Shown here in pieces: positions 36,883-46,487 of a stretch of DNA of 64,000 bases. The stretch is taken from positions 4,939,843 through 5,003,842 of the forward strand of contig OZ253541.1 of assembly GCA_965262365.1 (NCBI GenBank), read 5' to 3'. The notes under the pieces are model-generated. The model saw nothing but the letters and a program-made list of their open reading frames with translations, was not told the origin of the DNA and ran no database searches. A program made the position numbers and the translations under genes. Numbering within the stretch: position 1 is the stretch's first letter; every line of letters starts with the position of its first letter. Source of the stretch: Candidatus Rariloculaceae bacterium (GTDB taxonomy: Bacteria; Pseudomonadota; Gammaproteobacteria; Steroidobacterales; Rariloculaceae).

Positions 36883-37334
36883 ACCCGCCGCGCCCGGTGC
36901 TCGACACCAACGTACTGCTTTCGGCGCTACTGTTTTCCTCCGGCACACTAACGTGGCTGCGACGCGCGTGGCAGGCGAAAACGATCCGTCCTCTGGTGAG
37001 TCGCGAGACCGCAATGGAACTGATTCGAGTACTCGCCTATCCGAAGTTTCGGCTGTCGGTCGATGAACGCGAGGACTTGCTGGGCGATTTCCTGCCGCGG
37101 TGCGAAACGGTCACGGTACCGAAGGGGGTCTAGGTGCCCGAATGCCGCGACCCGCTGGATCGACCGTTCCTGGAGTTAGCGGTCGTGGCAGAGGCGGATT
37201 GGCTCGTGACGGGCGACAAGGATCTGCTGGCCCTGGAATCGGCATTTTCTGTGCCAATTGTGACACCGGCTTCGTTTCGCGAGATCCTGGGCATCAGCGC
37301 CGATCCCAGGCATCGCGGTCGACCCGGGCCGTAA
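36879..37334 (+). pseudogene. PIN-domain toxin (TIGR00305-like) interrupted by an in-frame TAG
   Basis: VLDTNVLLSALLFSSGT..., then TAG at 37131-37133, then the same frame continues VPECRDPLDRPFLELAVVAEADWLVTGDKDLL. Both halves of one PIN domain lie in one frame (36879 and 37134 are both multiples of 3). Confidence 0.75.
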
Positions 37335-37340
37335 TGACCG

Positions 37341-40115
37341 CTACCGCGCGCCGCCGCCGGATTCCACCTCCCGCCCGAATTCGTCGATCTCAACCACCTC
37401 GCCAATCCCCAGCGCGCGCACGTCCTCCTCGAACAGCGACAGATCGCCGGCGATCACCCACGTCAGGCGGTCCGGATGAATGATGTCGCGCGCGGCAGCG
37501 TGCACCTCTTCCAGGGTCACGTCCTCCAGCGCTTCGGCATAGCGTAGCGGGTAGTCCCACGGACGCCCCATCTCGGCGCTGGACAGCAGGCTGTTGAGCA
37601 GCGCACGGCCGGTTTCGAACCGGCCTGCCAGCGAGCGCACACGCCGCTCCCGCGTCTGGTTGAACTCTTCGGGCGTGGCGGGCCGGGCGCCGATGTATTC
37701 CTCGAGTTCGCGCTGGATCTCGGTAACCGCCTCCGCCGTCCTGTCGCCCTGTACCGGCGCGCTCACCATGAAAATCGGCTGGAACCGATCGGTAGTCAGG
37801 AAGGAGCCTGCGCCGTAACTCCAGCCCTTGTCCTCGCGCAGATTGAGATTGATGCGCGAGACGAAGCCGCTGCCGAGCACTTCGCTGGCGATCGTATCGG
37901 GCACGTCCGGTTCGACGGACGTCGCCGCCGCCGGGTAACCGGCCAGTATCACGCTCTGCGCGGACCCCGGCATGTTCACGAGGAACACCCGCGGACCCTC
38001 CGGCGGAGGCACCTGAGCAACCGCTGGCGCCGGGGCGTCCGGCACCGCACCGGCGGACGGATTTTCCGTTTCATCGACCGTCCAGTCTGCAAACCCGTCC
38101 GCCAGCCACTGTGCCAGATCGTCCATGGTCACGTCACCCACCGCGAACACCGTGAACGGCCGTCCCTCGATTCGGGCCGCGTGGTAATCCGCCACGTCGG
38201 CGCGGCCGATGCCGCGCACCTGTTCTTCGGTGATCTGCCGGCCGTAGGGATGCTCCGCGCCGAACACCCGTTCTTCCAGCGCCGCCCGGGCGATGGCGTT
38301 GGGTTGCGTCCTGCGCTGCTGGATTTCGGTGACGCGCCGTTCGGTCTGCAGCGCGAGCTGGTCCTCGGGGTAGGTGGGGTTGCTCAGGATATCGGCCGTC
38401 AGGGCGATGATCTCCGGCAGATTCTCGGTCAGTCCACCGGCCGTCAGGTTGCTCGAGAGGGTGCCGCCGGTCGCCCTGATGAAGGTGCCGAGTCGTTCCA
38501 TCTCGGTGCTGAGTTCCGCGGCGTCAAGGGAGGTCGTCCCGCTGTTAAGCTGCTGGAAGGCGAATTCCGTGATGCCCCGATCTTCCGAGGCCTCGCCCGC
38601 GGAGCCTACCTCGAACCGCAACACCAGATCCGTCACCGGAAGCACTTCCCGCCGCGCGAGCACCACCCGAATGCCGTTGTCCAGCTCACGCTCCTCGACC
38701 TCGGGAAAGCGCAGCGACGCGGCCGCCTCTACTTCAGGCAGGCGGCTGCGGTCCGCCTCTCCGGCGGCAGCGCTGGATCTGGCCGAAAACGGCACGCCGG
38801 TCAGTTCGTAGTAGGGGCGCGTCAGCCACTCGTTGGCCAATGCGGACAGTCCCTCGGAGGTCGCTTCCTGGACAGCCGCGATGGGCTCCCTGAACCGTCC
38901 GGGGTTGTTCGCGAAGACGGCGCCCGTGATCAGCGCCTCCGCCTTGGAGGACACGGTTTCGTAGTTGCGGGTGATGCCCGTCAGGCTCTGCGCCCGCTGC
39001 CGCTCCAGGCGTTCGGGGTCCGGCCCGGTGACCAGGAATTCCGCCAGCGTCTCGTCGAGGACGCGGCGCGCCTCCTCCACATCCGCGTCGGGGAGCAACT
39101 GCACGTCGATGCTGAACACGCCGGTAAGCTCATAGTCGATGGGCGAGGCCTGGACGAAGGATGCCAGGCGATGCTCCTCGACCAGGGCCCGGTAAAGCGG
39201 TGCGGTGCGGCCCCTGGAGAATGCGCTGCTCCACAGCGCGAAACCCACCGATTCGCGGGACGTGGACGGAATCGCCCAGGAGCGCCGTATGAAGCCGCTG
39301 GCAGCCTGATCGTGGATCACCTCGTGGCGGTTCTCGGTCAACTGCGGAACCCACCGGGCGATGCGGGTGAGGGGCTGCCCCGCCGGCGCATCGGCGTAGT
39401 ACTTCTCCATGAGCGGCCGGGCCGTGGCCATGTCGATGTCGCCGGCCAGCACGATGACGACGTTGGAGGCGCCGTAGTAGGTGTCGAACCAGTCCTTCAC
39501 GTCCGCAAGCGTGGCGGCGTCCAGGTCTTCCATGGAACCGATCACCGGATTGCGATAGGGGTGGCCGGGGGAAAACAGTCCCCGGAATACCACGTCCCAT
39601 ACGCTTCCCCACGGCCGATTCTCCCCCTGCCGCTTCTCGTTCTGCACCACGCTGCGCTGCTCGTCCAGCGTCGCCTGATCGACGGCGCCGAGCAGGTGGG
39701 TCATGCGGTCGGATTCCAGCCACAGCATGCGTTCCAGCGCGCCGGTGGGCACCGTCTGGAAATAGGCGGTACGGTCGAACGTGGTGGTGCCGTTGATGCC
39801 GGTCGCGCCGACTTCGCTGAGCGGCCCGAAGTAGTCCTCGTCGTGGTTCTCGCTGCCCTGGAACATCAGGTGCTCGAAAAGGTGCGCGAAACCCGTCCTG
39901 TTCTCCGGTTCGTCCTTCGAGCCCACGTGATACCAGGTGATCATGGAGACGATGGGCGCCTTGCGGTCGGTGTGGACGATGACGCGCAGGCCATTGTCGA
40001 GGGTGAACTCCTCGTAGGGGATGTCGATGTCGTCGAACTCGATGGCGAACGCCGTGGGTGCGGCCGTCAGGCTCGCCGCGGTCGCGATGAGTAAACGTAG
40101 AATCCAGTCTGGCAT
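37341..40115 (-). CDS. M16-family zinc peptidase, double-unit (PqqL-like), secreted
   Basis: 924 aa with a signal peptide, GFAHLFEHLMFQGSENH (HxxEH) and a second inactive M16 half. Confidence 0.85.
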   Translation of the reverse strand: MPDWILRLLIATAASLTAAPTAFAIEFDDIDIPYEEFTLDNGLRVIVHTDRKAPIVSMITWYHVGSKDEPENRTGFAHLFEHLMFQGSENHDEDYFGPLSEVGATGINGTTTFDRTAYFQTVPTGALERMLWLESDRMTHLLGAVDQATLDEQRSVVQNEKRQGENRPWGSVWDVVFRGLFSPGHPYRNPVIGSMEDLDAATLADVKDWFDTYYGASNVVIVLAGDIDMATARPLMEKYYADAPAGQPLTRIARWVPQLTENRHEVIHDQAASGFIRRSWAIPSTSRESVGFALWSSAFSRGRTAPLYRALVEEHRLASFVQASPIDYELTGVFSIDVQLLPDADVEEARRVLDETLAEFLVTGPDPERLERQRAQSLTGITRNYETVSSKAEALITGAVFANNPGRFREPIAAVQEATSEGLSALANEWLTRPYYELTGVPFSARSSAAAGEADRSRLPEVEAAASLRFPEVEERELDNGIRVVLARREVLPVTDLVLRFEVGSAGEASEDRGITEFAFQQLNSGTTSLDAAELSTEMERLGTFIRATGGTLSSNLTAGGLTENLPEIIALTADILSNPTYPEDQLALQTERRVTEIQQRRTQPNAIARAALEERVFGAEHPYGRQITEEQVRGIGRADVADYHAARIEGRPFTVFAVGDVTMDDLAQWLADGFADWTVDETENPSAGAVPDAPAPAVAQVPPPEGPRVFLVNMPGSAQSVILAGYPAAATSVEPDVPDTIASEVLGSGFVSRINLNLREDKGWSYGAGSFLTTDRFQPIFMVSAPVQGDRTAEAVTEIQRELEEYIGARPATPEEFNQTRERRVRSLAGRFETGRALLNSLLSSAEMGRPWDYPLRYAEALEDVTLEEVHAAARDIIHPDRLTWVIAGDLSLFEEDVRALGIGEVVEIDEFGREVESGGGAR

Positions 40116-40169
40116 GGGGCGGCTCCACTGGCGGCAGGGCGAAGAGTATAAGCCCGCCAGTCGCGTAAC

Positions 40170-43100
40170 GTGGCACTCTACTCAGAATGAGCCCCGCCAG
40201 GCCGATGGCAACGCCTGTCTCATCATGGGCGCGGGCCTGCCTACCATCGCATCGATCCGCGGAGTTGAACGGCGTGTTGGGTCTGCCCGCGCCCGTCTCC
40301 GCATCGCCGCCGTCGTAGCGCAGGCCGGCCTCCACGGTGGGACGCAGCGTGCCGCCCCAAACGGGCAGGCTGCCCGAACCCTCCAGGAGTACCCGCACCC
40401 GGCTGGTCGCGCCTTGCGCGGCCGCCAGCCCCTGCACCGCTTCGGAGTCCGTCTGCGTGAGCAGCGCGTCGGAACGCAGGGCCAGTTCGAACCGGCCGCT
40501 TTCACCCGTGCGGGCGGAAACCAGGCTGCGGCCGCCGAACGCCAGCATTCGATTCGACAGGTCCGTCTCGAGCGCGGATTCGGCGTCTTCGGGCTCAAGC
40601 TGCATCCGCCCGCCGCCGTAGCCGATAACGCCCCACAGGCTGGTCGTGTCGTTCAACTCGTAGTGGGCATAGGGATTCAGGCTCGTCAGCGTGCTTTCCA
40701 GGGACCCGCCGGCCGGGCGAGCGTGACTTCGAACACCAGCACCGCGTTCGGTCCTTCGTCAACCCGAGCGTCCGCCACCGACAGCGTCTGCCCGGTCCGA
40801 TGGACGATCACGGATCGCGCCTCGGTGAGCAGGCGGTCATCTACAGTACAGATGGCGCCGGTCTGATCGCACGCCAGATCCACGACCGGGGCAACCGTCA
40901 CCGGCTCCTCGGAGTCCGCCATTACGCTTATCGTCCACTCGTGGGCGAGATATTCCCCTTGCCGGTCCCGGATATGCTGGATCGTCTCGATGGAGCCGTT
41001 GGTCACCGTGAAGGCATGTTCGATCAGGTTCGCTTCGCCGATGACCTCGATGAGGTCCACGGCTTCGCTGAACTGCAGGTGGACCTCGAATTCGCTGTCG
41101 CTGCCGCCGTGCGCGTCCGGAATCATCGACCAGTCCGCCGTGAGGTCGGGTTGCTCGATCTGCCCGTCGACTACCGCGGCTCCCTGGTGCGCCAGGTCGA
41201 CCGCCGGCCCACTGACGCTGTTGATCTGCCCGCCGTTGAGCGCGAGGCTGTCGGCCACCAGCGCGATGTGGCGAACCGGGCTCTCGTCCGCCGTCACCAG
41301 GTGTTCGAATACCAACGTATCCTCGTGGGCCACGTGCGAGAACAGCGTGGACAGCTCCGTGGTCTCCGCCTCCGACTCCCCGAGAGTGAGCGTGACGCCG
41401 GGCACGCCATCGGTCGTTTCCACGCTGACACGTTCGTCAAATTGCAGTGTCACGCGGATCGGTTCGCCCGCGGTCCACTCGCCGTCGCGGTCGCCATCGT
41501 TCTGAATTTGCGACATTGTGACCTGCGCCCGGCGGGCCGGTTCCGGCGCGGAGGTGTCGCAGTCCACCTCGTCGGAGGTGTCGCGCCGGAACGAGCCTGA
41601 AGCCTGGTTGCCCACGGCGGTCTCCCCATGGGTCACGACATCGGCTGGAACGCTGATCGATACGGGCGAGCCCCACACGCGGGGGGTGATCCGCACCCGG
41701 TATCCCAAGAGCGTGTCGTGAGGCTGATCGACCAGTTCCGCCGTGGCGTTCGCGAGCGCCAGGTCGCTTTCGACGTTGAAGCCGTCGACGGGCTCGTATC
41801 TCAGGTACTGTGCGCTCGCCGTCGTGAAGCCGATGGTCAGGAAGAAGGACCCTTCCTCGTTCTCCGGTGTCGCCGGATCGTCGAAGTCGCGGCAGATGGT
41901 CTCCGGCACCGAGGTATCGCCGGACAAGCCGCTTGCCCCGGCGGTCACCACCGTGCGCAGCGGCTTCGACGAATCGGCCAGCACAGCCTCGGCGACGTTC
42001 GAGACCAGCCAGGCGCCGGCGTGACTGGCGCGCATCCTGAATGCATAGCGCTGGTTGCTGCCGATCGAAGCGGTGCGAAAACCAATGCCGTCCTCGCAGT
42101 CGACCTCCGACGAGCCGCTGCCGATGGATTGCCAGGTCAGGTCGCCTGAATCTCCGGAAGCTGATTCAGACACAGGGCTCGTTGCCACTGCAATGGCGCT
42201 GAGTTCGCTTGCAGTTACGCCGTCGGGAATCCAGCAGAGGTCGATGGACGGCGTCGCGTCGGTGGTGGCGTCGGACATGGAGTCGCCAGAGCCCTCGGTC
42301 ATCGAGTCGCTCGTATCCTCGGAATTCGAATCCGTTGAGTCCTCGGAAGTCCGGGCGGTGGCCGTCAATCCGTCTGCCATGGCCGTTGCCGTCACCCGCA
42401 GGAAACCGGATGGCAGCCCGGCGCCGTTCTCGCCCACGGCCGATACGCGATATCGCCGCGTTTCGGCAAAATTCAGGCCGACATCGTGTCGGAAGGAGGC
42501 GACGGTGCTCTCGGTATTGTCCTCGACCGCTGTCCAGGTCAGATCGACGTGAGTCGCCGTGGCCGTGGCGCTCAGACCGCTCACCTGCGCGGGCAGCGAA
42601 TCCTGCGACTGGACCTCGTTGTCGGAAATGGTCACCGTGAGTTCGCCGCCCGTGAAGTCGTCGTAGTCGCCGCCCTCCGCCGCATGGGAAACGACCGCCG
42701 AGTCGTGGTACGCGTCGTCGTCCTCGGCCGCGGAGAGCGTCACCGTCTGCGCCGTATCCCAATCGGCCGACGTGAAGGTGAGGCTCGACGGCTCGAAAGT
42801 CACGTCGGGGCTGCCGGTCACCCCGGGCGTCAGCGTCACGGTGTCCGTCGGCTCGGTATCCAGCACCGCGGTGTAGGTGGCGCTCGCGCCCTCGGCCACA
42901 TCGTCGTCGATCGGCGTAATCGTGAAACTCACGGAACCGGTTGTCTTTCCCGCATCAATCGTCAGCGTCTGGTCCGCCACGGTTTCGTAGTCGGTACCCT
43001 CGGTTGCGGAGTCGCCGGACGTACCCACCCACACCGGCACGACCGTGTCCGAGGCCCGCGGAATTCCGTTCAGCGTCCCCGTCACCGTGACAGTCTGTGC

Positions 43101-43781
43101 CCCACCGGACTCTTCCACCGCACTGGTCCCGCCAAGTATCAGCGCAGTTGAGGTCGTAAGGTAGTCTTCTGCGGTCACTGAAACGCTGTCCGCCGCCACC
43201 GAGCCGTAGTCGCCCCCGGTCACCGTGTGGCTTATCGTTGCGGAATCGTCAACCGTGTCCGCGTCATAGCCCGCGGTCACGGTCACCTCCTGCGCCCTGT
43301 ACCAGTTGCCGGTCGTGAAGGTCAGCGCGCCCGACACCGTCACGTCCGAACTGCCGGACACCGACGGCGTCACCGTCACCGTTCCGGTCGGTTCGGATTC
43401 CAGCGCCACCGAGTAGCCTTTCGTCCAGCCCTCGCTGATTTTCAGGGTGGTCGGTCCGACCCTCACGCCCCGGGTGTCGTTGTCGGTGATGGTCACGGTC
43501 GACTCGATGGTCGAGTTGTCTCCGGCGAAAGCCCCGTTGGAGGGATTTGAAAGCTGAATCTTGAACGTCTCGCTGTTCTCGTCCACGTCGTCGTCGCGGA
43601 TGGTCGCCCGAATGCGGCCGATTCTCGACCGGGCGGCTATCGTGAGGGTGCCGTCGGTCAACGAATAGTCGCCGTCGTCCTTCTTCGCGGTGCCGTCGAC
43701 GCCGCTGCTGCAAGCACCAGCGCAAGACAGCATCGCACGCGGGGAATCTCGATTGCCGCGGGCAGCACAATCGACATTCAT
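40170..43781 (-). pseudogene. Calx-beta/FN3-rich autotransporter-type adhesin, 5'-truncated and frameshifted
   Basis: The ORF 40686..43781 has no signal peptide and starts inside a Calx-beta unit (IRDDDVDENSETFKIQLSNPSNG). After a frame change near 40690 the reading continues LNPYAHYELNDTTSLWGVIGYGGGRMQLEPED..LRSDALLTQTDSEAV..VRVLLEGSGSL..TVEAGLRYDGGDAETGAG, an autotransporter beta-barrel. That decays again before reaching a normal C-terminus. Confidence 0.65.
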
Positions 43782-43866
43782 GTGGTCTGCTTGCGACGGC
43801 GCGGGTACATTCGATCTACTTGAAGTCCGTGTCAGGCAGACCCAACACTATAGTACCGGCGATTTC

Positions 43867-44202
43867 CTACGGAGTCTGCGGCGCTTCAGACTCGAATCCG
43901 AACAGGTGGACTTCCACGCGGGTCAGGCGATTTTCGATGTTGTCCAGGCGACTGTCGACACTGACGGCCATCTCGCGGAGTCGGTTGTCGACATTGCCTA
44001 TCTCCTGCCGGAGCCCGATTTCGACATCGCCAATTCGCGTGTGCAGGTTCCCCGTGTCGGTGCGCAGGTCCCTGATGTCGGTGCGCAGGCCCCTGATGTC
44101 GGAATTGATTTCGGCAAACCCGGATTGCATCATTACGCCGAGGGCGCAGAAGGCCAGGATGATCGAGCAGATCACCGTCACGGTCCGGCCGTCCCATTTC
44201 AT
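43867..44202 (-). CDS. small single-pass membrane coiled-coil protein, 111 aa
   Basis: MKWDGRTVTVICSIILAFCALGVMM (TM) then NSDIRGLRTDIRDLRTDTGNLHTRIGDVEIGLRQEIGNVDNRLREMAVSVDSRLDNIENRLTRVEVHLFG. ATG at 44202 verified. A 21-bp tandem repeat lies at about 44050-44100. Confidence 0.5.
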   Translation of the reverse strand: MKWDGRTVTVICSIILAFCALGVMMQSGFAEINSDIRGLRTDIRDLRTDTGNLHTRIGDVEIGLRQEIGNVDNRLREMAVSVDSRLDNIENRLTRVEVHLFGFESEAPQTP

Positions 44203-44320
44203 TTCTCTATTCCAACTCCGGCAGGATGCCGTCATCGTATCATGCGGTCACTGCTGCTCAACGCACGAAACTGGACGGTTCGCTCAAATTTGGCCCCGCC
44301 GGTGCATCTGTATACCATCC

Positions 44321-46381
44321 ATGAAAGCCACGAGCCCATCCATGAAACCGGCATCCACCCGCATAGCAGCATTGCTCGCCCTTTCCCTCGCATCCGGCGT
44401 GACGCATGCGCAAGACGAGACGGCGACCTACACCATGACCTTCGAGGGGCTGTGGACGGCCGACGACATCACCGATGCCGGCATGCCGGGCGGTGCGCAC
44501 TTCACCGAAATGATCGGTGCCACGCACAATTCCGGCACGACGATATGGGTGTCCGGTGGCACGGCCAGCGCCGGAGTCGAGAATGTCGCCGAACTGGGAA
44601 GCGTGGGCACCCTGGTCAGCGAGATCGGTGGAAACGCCAACGCCGCCGGCGTCGTCCGGGCGGGGAGTGCCTTCATCAGTCCGACAGCGACGGTTTCCGG
44701 CACGTTCACCGCGAATTCAAGCCATCCCCTGGTCTCGGTCCTGTCCATGGTCGCTCCCACGCCGGACTGGTTCGTCGGTGTCTCCAACCTGAGACTGTAC
44801 GACAACGGTTGGCAGAATCGGGTTGTTGACCTTTATCCCTACGATGCGGGGACCGAGGAGGGTTCCGGCTGGTCGCTGAGCAACGCGGCCACAAGTCCGC
44901 AGGGCGTCATCACAAGCATCCGCAACACGGGCAGGTTCCGCGGCAACCCCATCGGCAGGCTCAGTTTTACGACCGATCAAACCACCGACAACGGGCAAAC
45001 CACCGGCGGGGGCACGGTGTCCCCTGTGGAGCCTCCGGTGACGATCGAGCCGCGTTCGATGCATTACACGGTCCCGTTGCTGGTTCCGTCGGGCACATCG
45101 GGCGGAGCCCTGGGGGTGCTGCGAATCCTCAACGCCACGGCCGAGACCGGACCGGTGGACATCTACGCCATCGACGATTTCGGTACCCGCAGCGGTCCGG
45201 CCACGTTCACGCTCGGCGCCTGGGCGGCGGCGGAGTTCACGGCCTCGGACCTGCGGTCCGGCAACGTCCTGCTGGACTTGGCCGGCGGCGTCGGCCCCGT
45301 GCGCGATGCGCGACTTCTGATCGGCACGGACCTGCGGATCGTGCCCCTGGCCTATGTCCGTGCCGCCGACGGCACGCTGAGCGCGATGCACGACACGGTG
45401 CGATCGGCGTCTGCGGACGGCTCGGGGCAGTACCGCTACGAAGTCCCGGTCTTCAATCCTTCCACCGAGACGATCCAGGCGAGCCGCCTGCGGTTGATCA
45501 ATCCGGGCGACGAGCAGGCCTCGGTCACGATCGGCGCACGCGACGACAGCGGTGCGGCGGCCACCGGCGGAGACGTGACATTGACGCTGGCGGCAGGCGC
45601 CGCAAAGACCCTGACGGCGCAGCAGCTCGAGGCCGGTGACAGCAGCATCGCGGGCCGGTTGGGCGCCGGGGTCGGCAAGTGGCGGCTGAGGGTGTCGTCG
45701 GATCGGCCTCTGCAGGTCGTGAACATGACCGCTTCCACCGCCGGGTACTGGAACAACCTTTCCACGACCGCGGTGGCCGGTGCGGCGCCGGCGGATCTGG
45801 CGGCGCTGAACGAGCGCGTCGTTGGCGAGAATGTCGTCTACGAGACGAACACCGGGCAATTCACGCTCAACGCCACGGAGGGCGGGCGGTTCACGGAGAC
45901 GGGCGACATCGACGGCGTCGCGACGAGCTTCATGGGCAGTTACGGCTATCGGGCAATCGGGCCCGATGCGGGCCGGCTGACGCTGATGTACGACGACGGC
46001 GATGCATGCCGGGCCAACTTTTACTTCTCGTCCCGGACGAACGGCTGGTTCGCATCGCACTGCACCGGCAGCGATGACCCGGACGGATTCTGGCTGGGTG
46101 GCAACTGGTCCATTACGGTGAACCGAGCTTCAACGGAGCCGGGTTCCCTTGGCGAGTGCTACGCGGGACTGCTTGTGGGCATCGGGCAGAGCTGCACGTA
46201 TCCCGGCACGACGGACGAGTTCAGCGTCAATGTACGGGGCCGCGGATCGTTCCTGACATTCCTGGCCGGTATCCGGATCCGGGTGAACAACCAGACGATC
46301 AACGGTCGTGTCTACGACTTCGAGGCCTCGCATCGGGGGGAAGGCGTGTGGCGGATCGACCGGGTGGCCGGCAGCACCTGA
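44321..46381 (+). CDS. secreted Spondin_N-domain protein with two copies of an unnamed module and a Cys-containing C-terminal module
   Basis: Signal peptide MKPASTRIAALLALSLASGVTHA (alternative ATG at 44342). YTMTFEGLW..GGAHFTEMIGATHN..VSVLSMVAPTPDWFVGVSNLRLYDNGWQ..YPYDAGTEEG is the spondin N-terminal pattern. Confidence 0.75.
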   Translation: MKATSPSMKPASTRIAALLALSLASGVTHAQDETATYTMTFEGLWTADDITDAGMPGGAHFTEMIGATHNSGTTIWVSGGTASAGVENVAELGSVGTLVSEIGGNANAAGVVRAGSAFISPTATVSGTFTANSSHPLVSVLSMVAPTPDWFVGVSNLRLYDNGWQNRVVDLYPYDAGTEEGSGWSLSNAATSPQGVITSIRNTGRFRGNPIGRLSFTTDQTTDNGQTTGGGTVSPVEPPVTIEPRSMHYTVPLLVPSGTSGGALGVLRILNATAETGPVDIYAIDDFGTRSGPATFTLGAWAAAEFTASDLRSGNVLLDLAGGVGPVRDARLLIGTDLRIVPLAYVRAADGTLSAMHDTVRSASADGSGQYRYEVPVFNPSTETIQASRLRLINPGDEQASVTIGARDDSGAAATGGDVTLTLAAGAAKTLTAQQLEAGDSSIAGRLGAGVGKWRLRVSSDRPLQVVNMTASTAGYWNNLSTTAVAGAAPADLAALNERVVGENVVYETNTGQFTLNATEGGRFTETGDIDGVATSFMGSYGYRAIGPDAGRLTLMYDDGDACRANFYFSSRTNGWFASHCTGSDDPDGFWLGGNWSITVNRASTEPGSLGECYAGLLVGIGQSCTYPGTTDEFSVNVRGRGSFLTFLAGIRIRVNNQTINGRVYDFEASHRGEGVWRIDRVAGST

Positions 46382-46487
46382 CCGCCAGCACGGCGCCGTT
46401 CCTCCTGCCTGCGCACGCTCGTTGGGCGCCGCCGTCTCTCCCCGATCCGGTCTGGAAGAACCCGATTGCTTTTCATACCATACCGCT

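Noticed and set aside
38181-40094. 637-aa plus-strand ORF
   Set aside because: Antisense to the M16 peptidase gene (HxxEH motif on the minus strand).
39130-40656. 508-aa minus-strand ORF bridging the M16 gene and the region upstream of it
   Set aside because: Only its first roughly 160 aa (40170-40656) are meaningful, as the autotransporter barrel remnant. The rest runs out of frame through the M16 gene.
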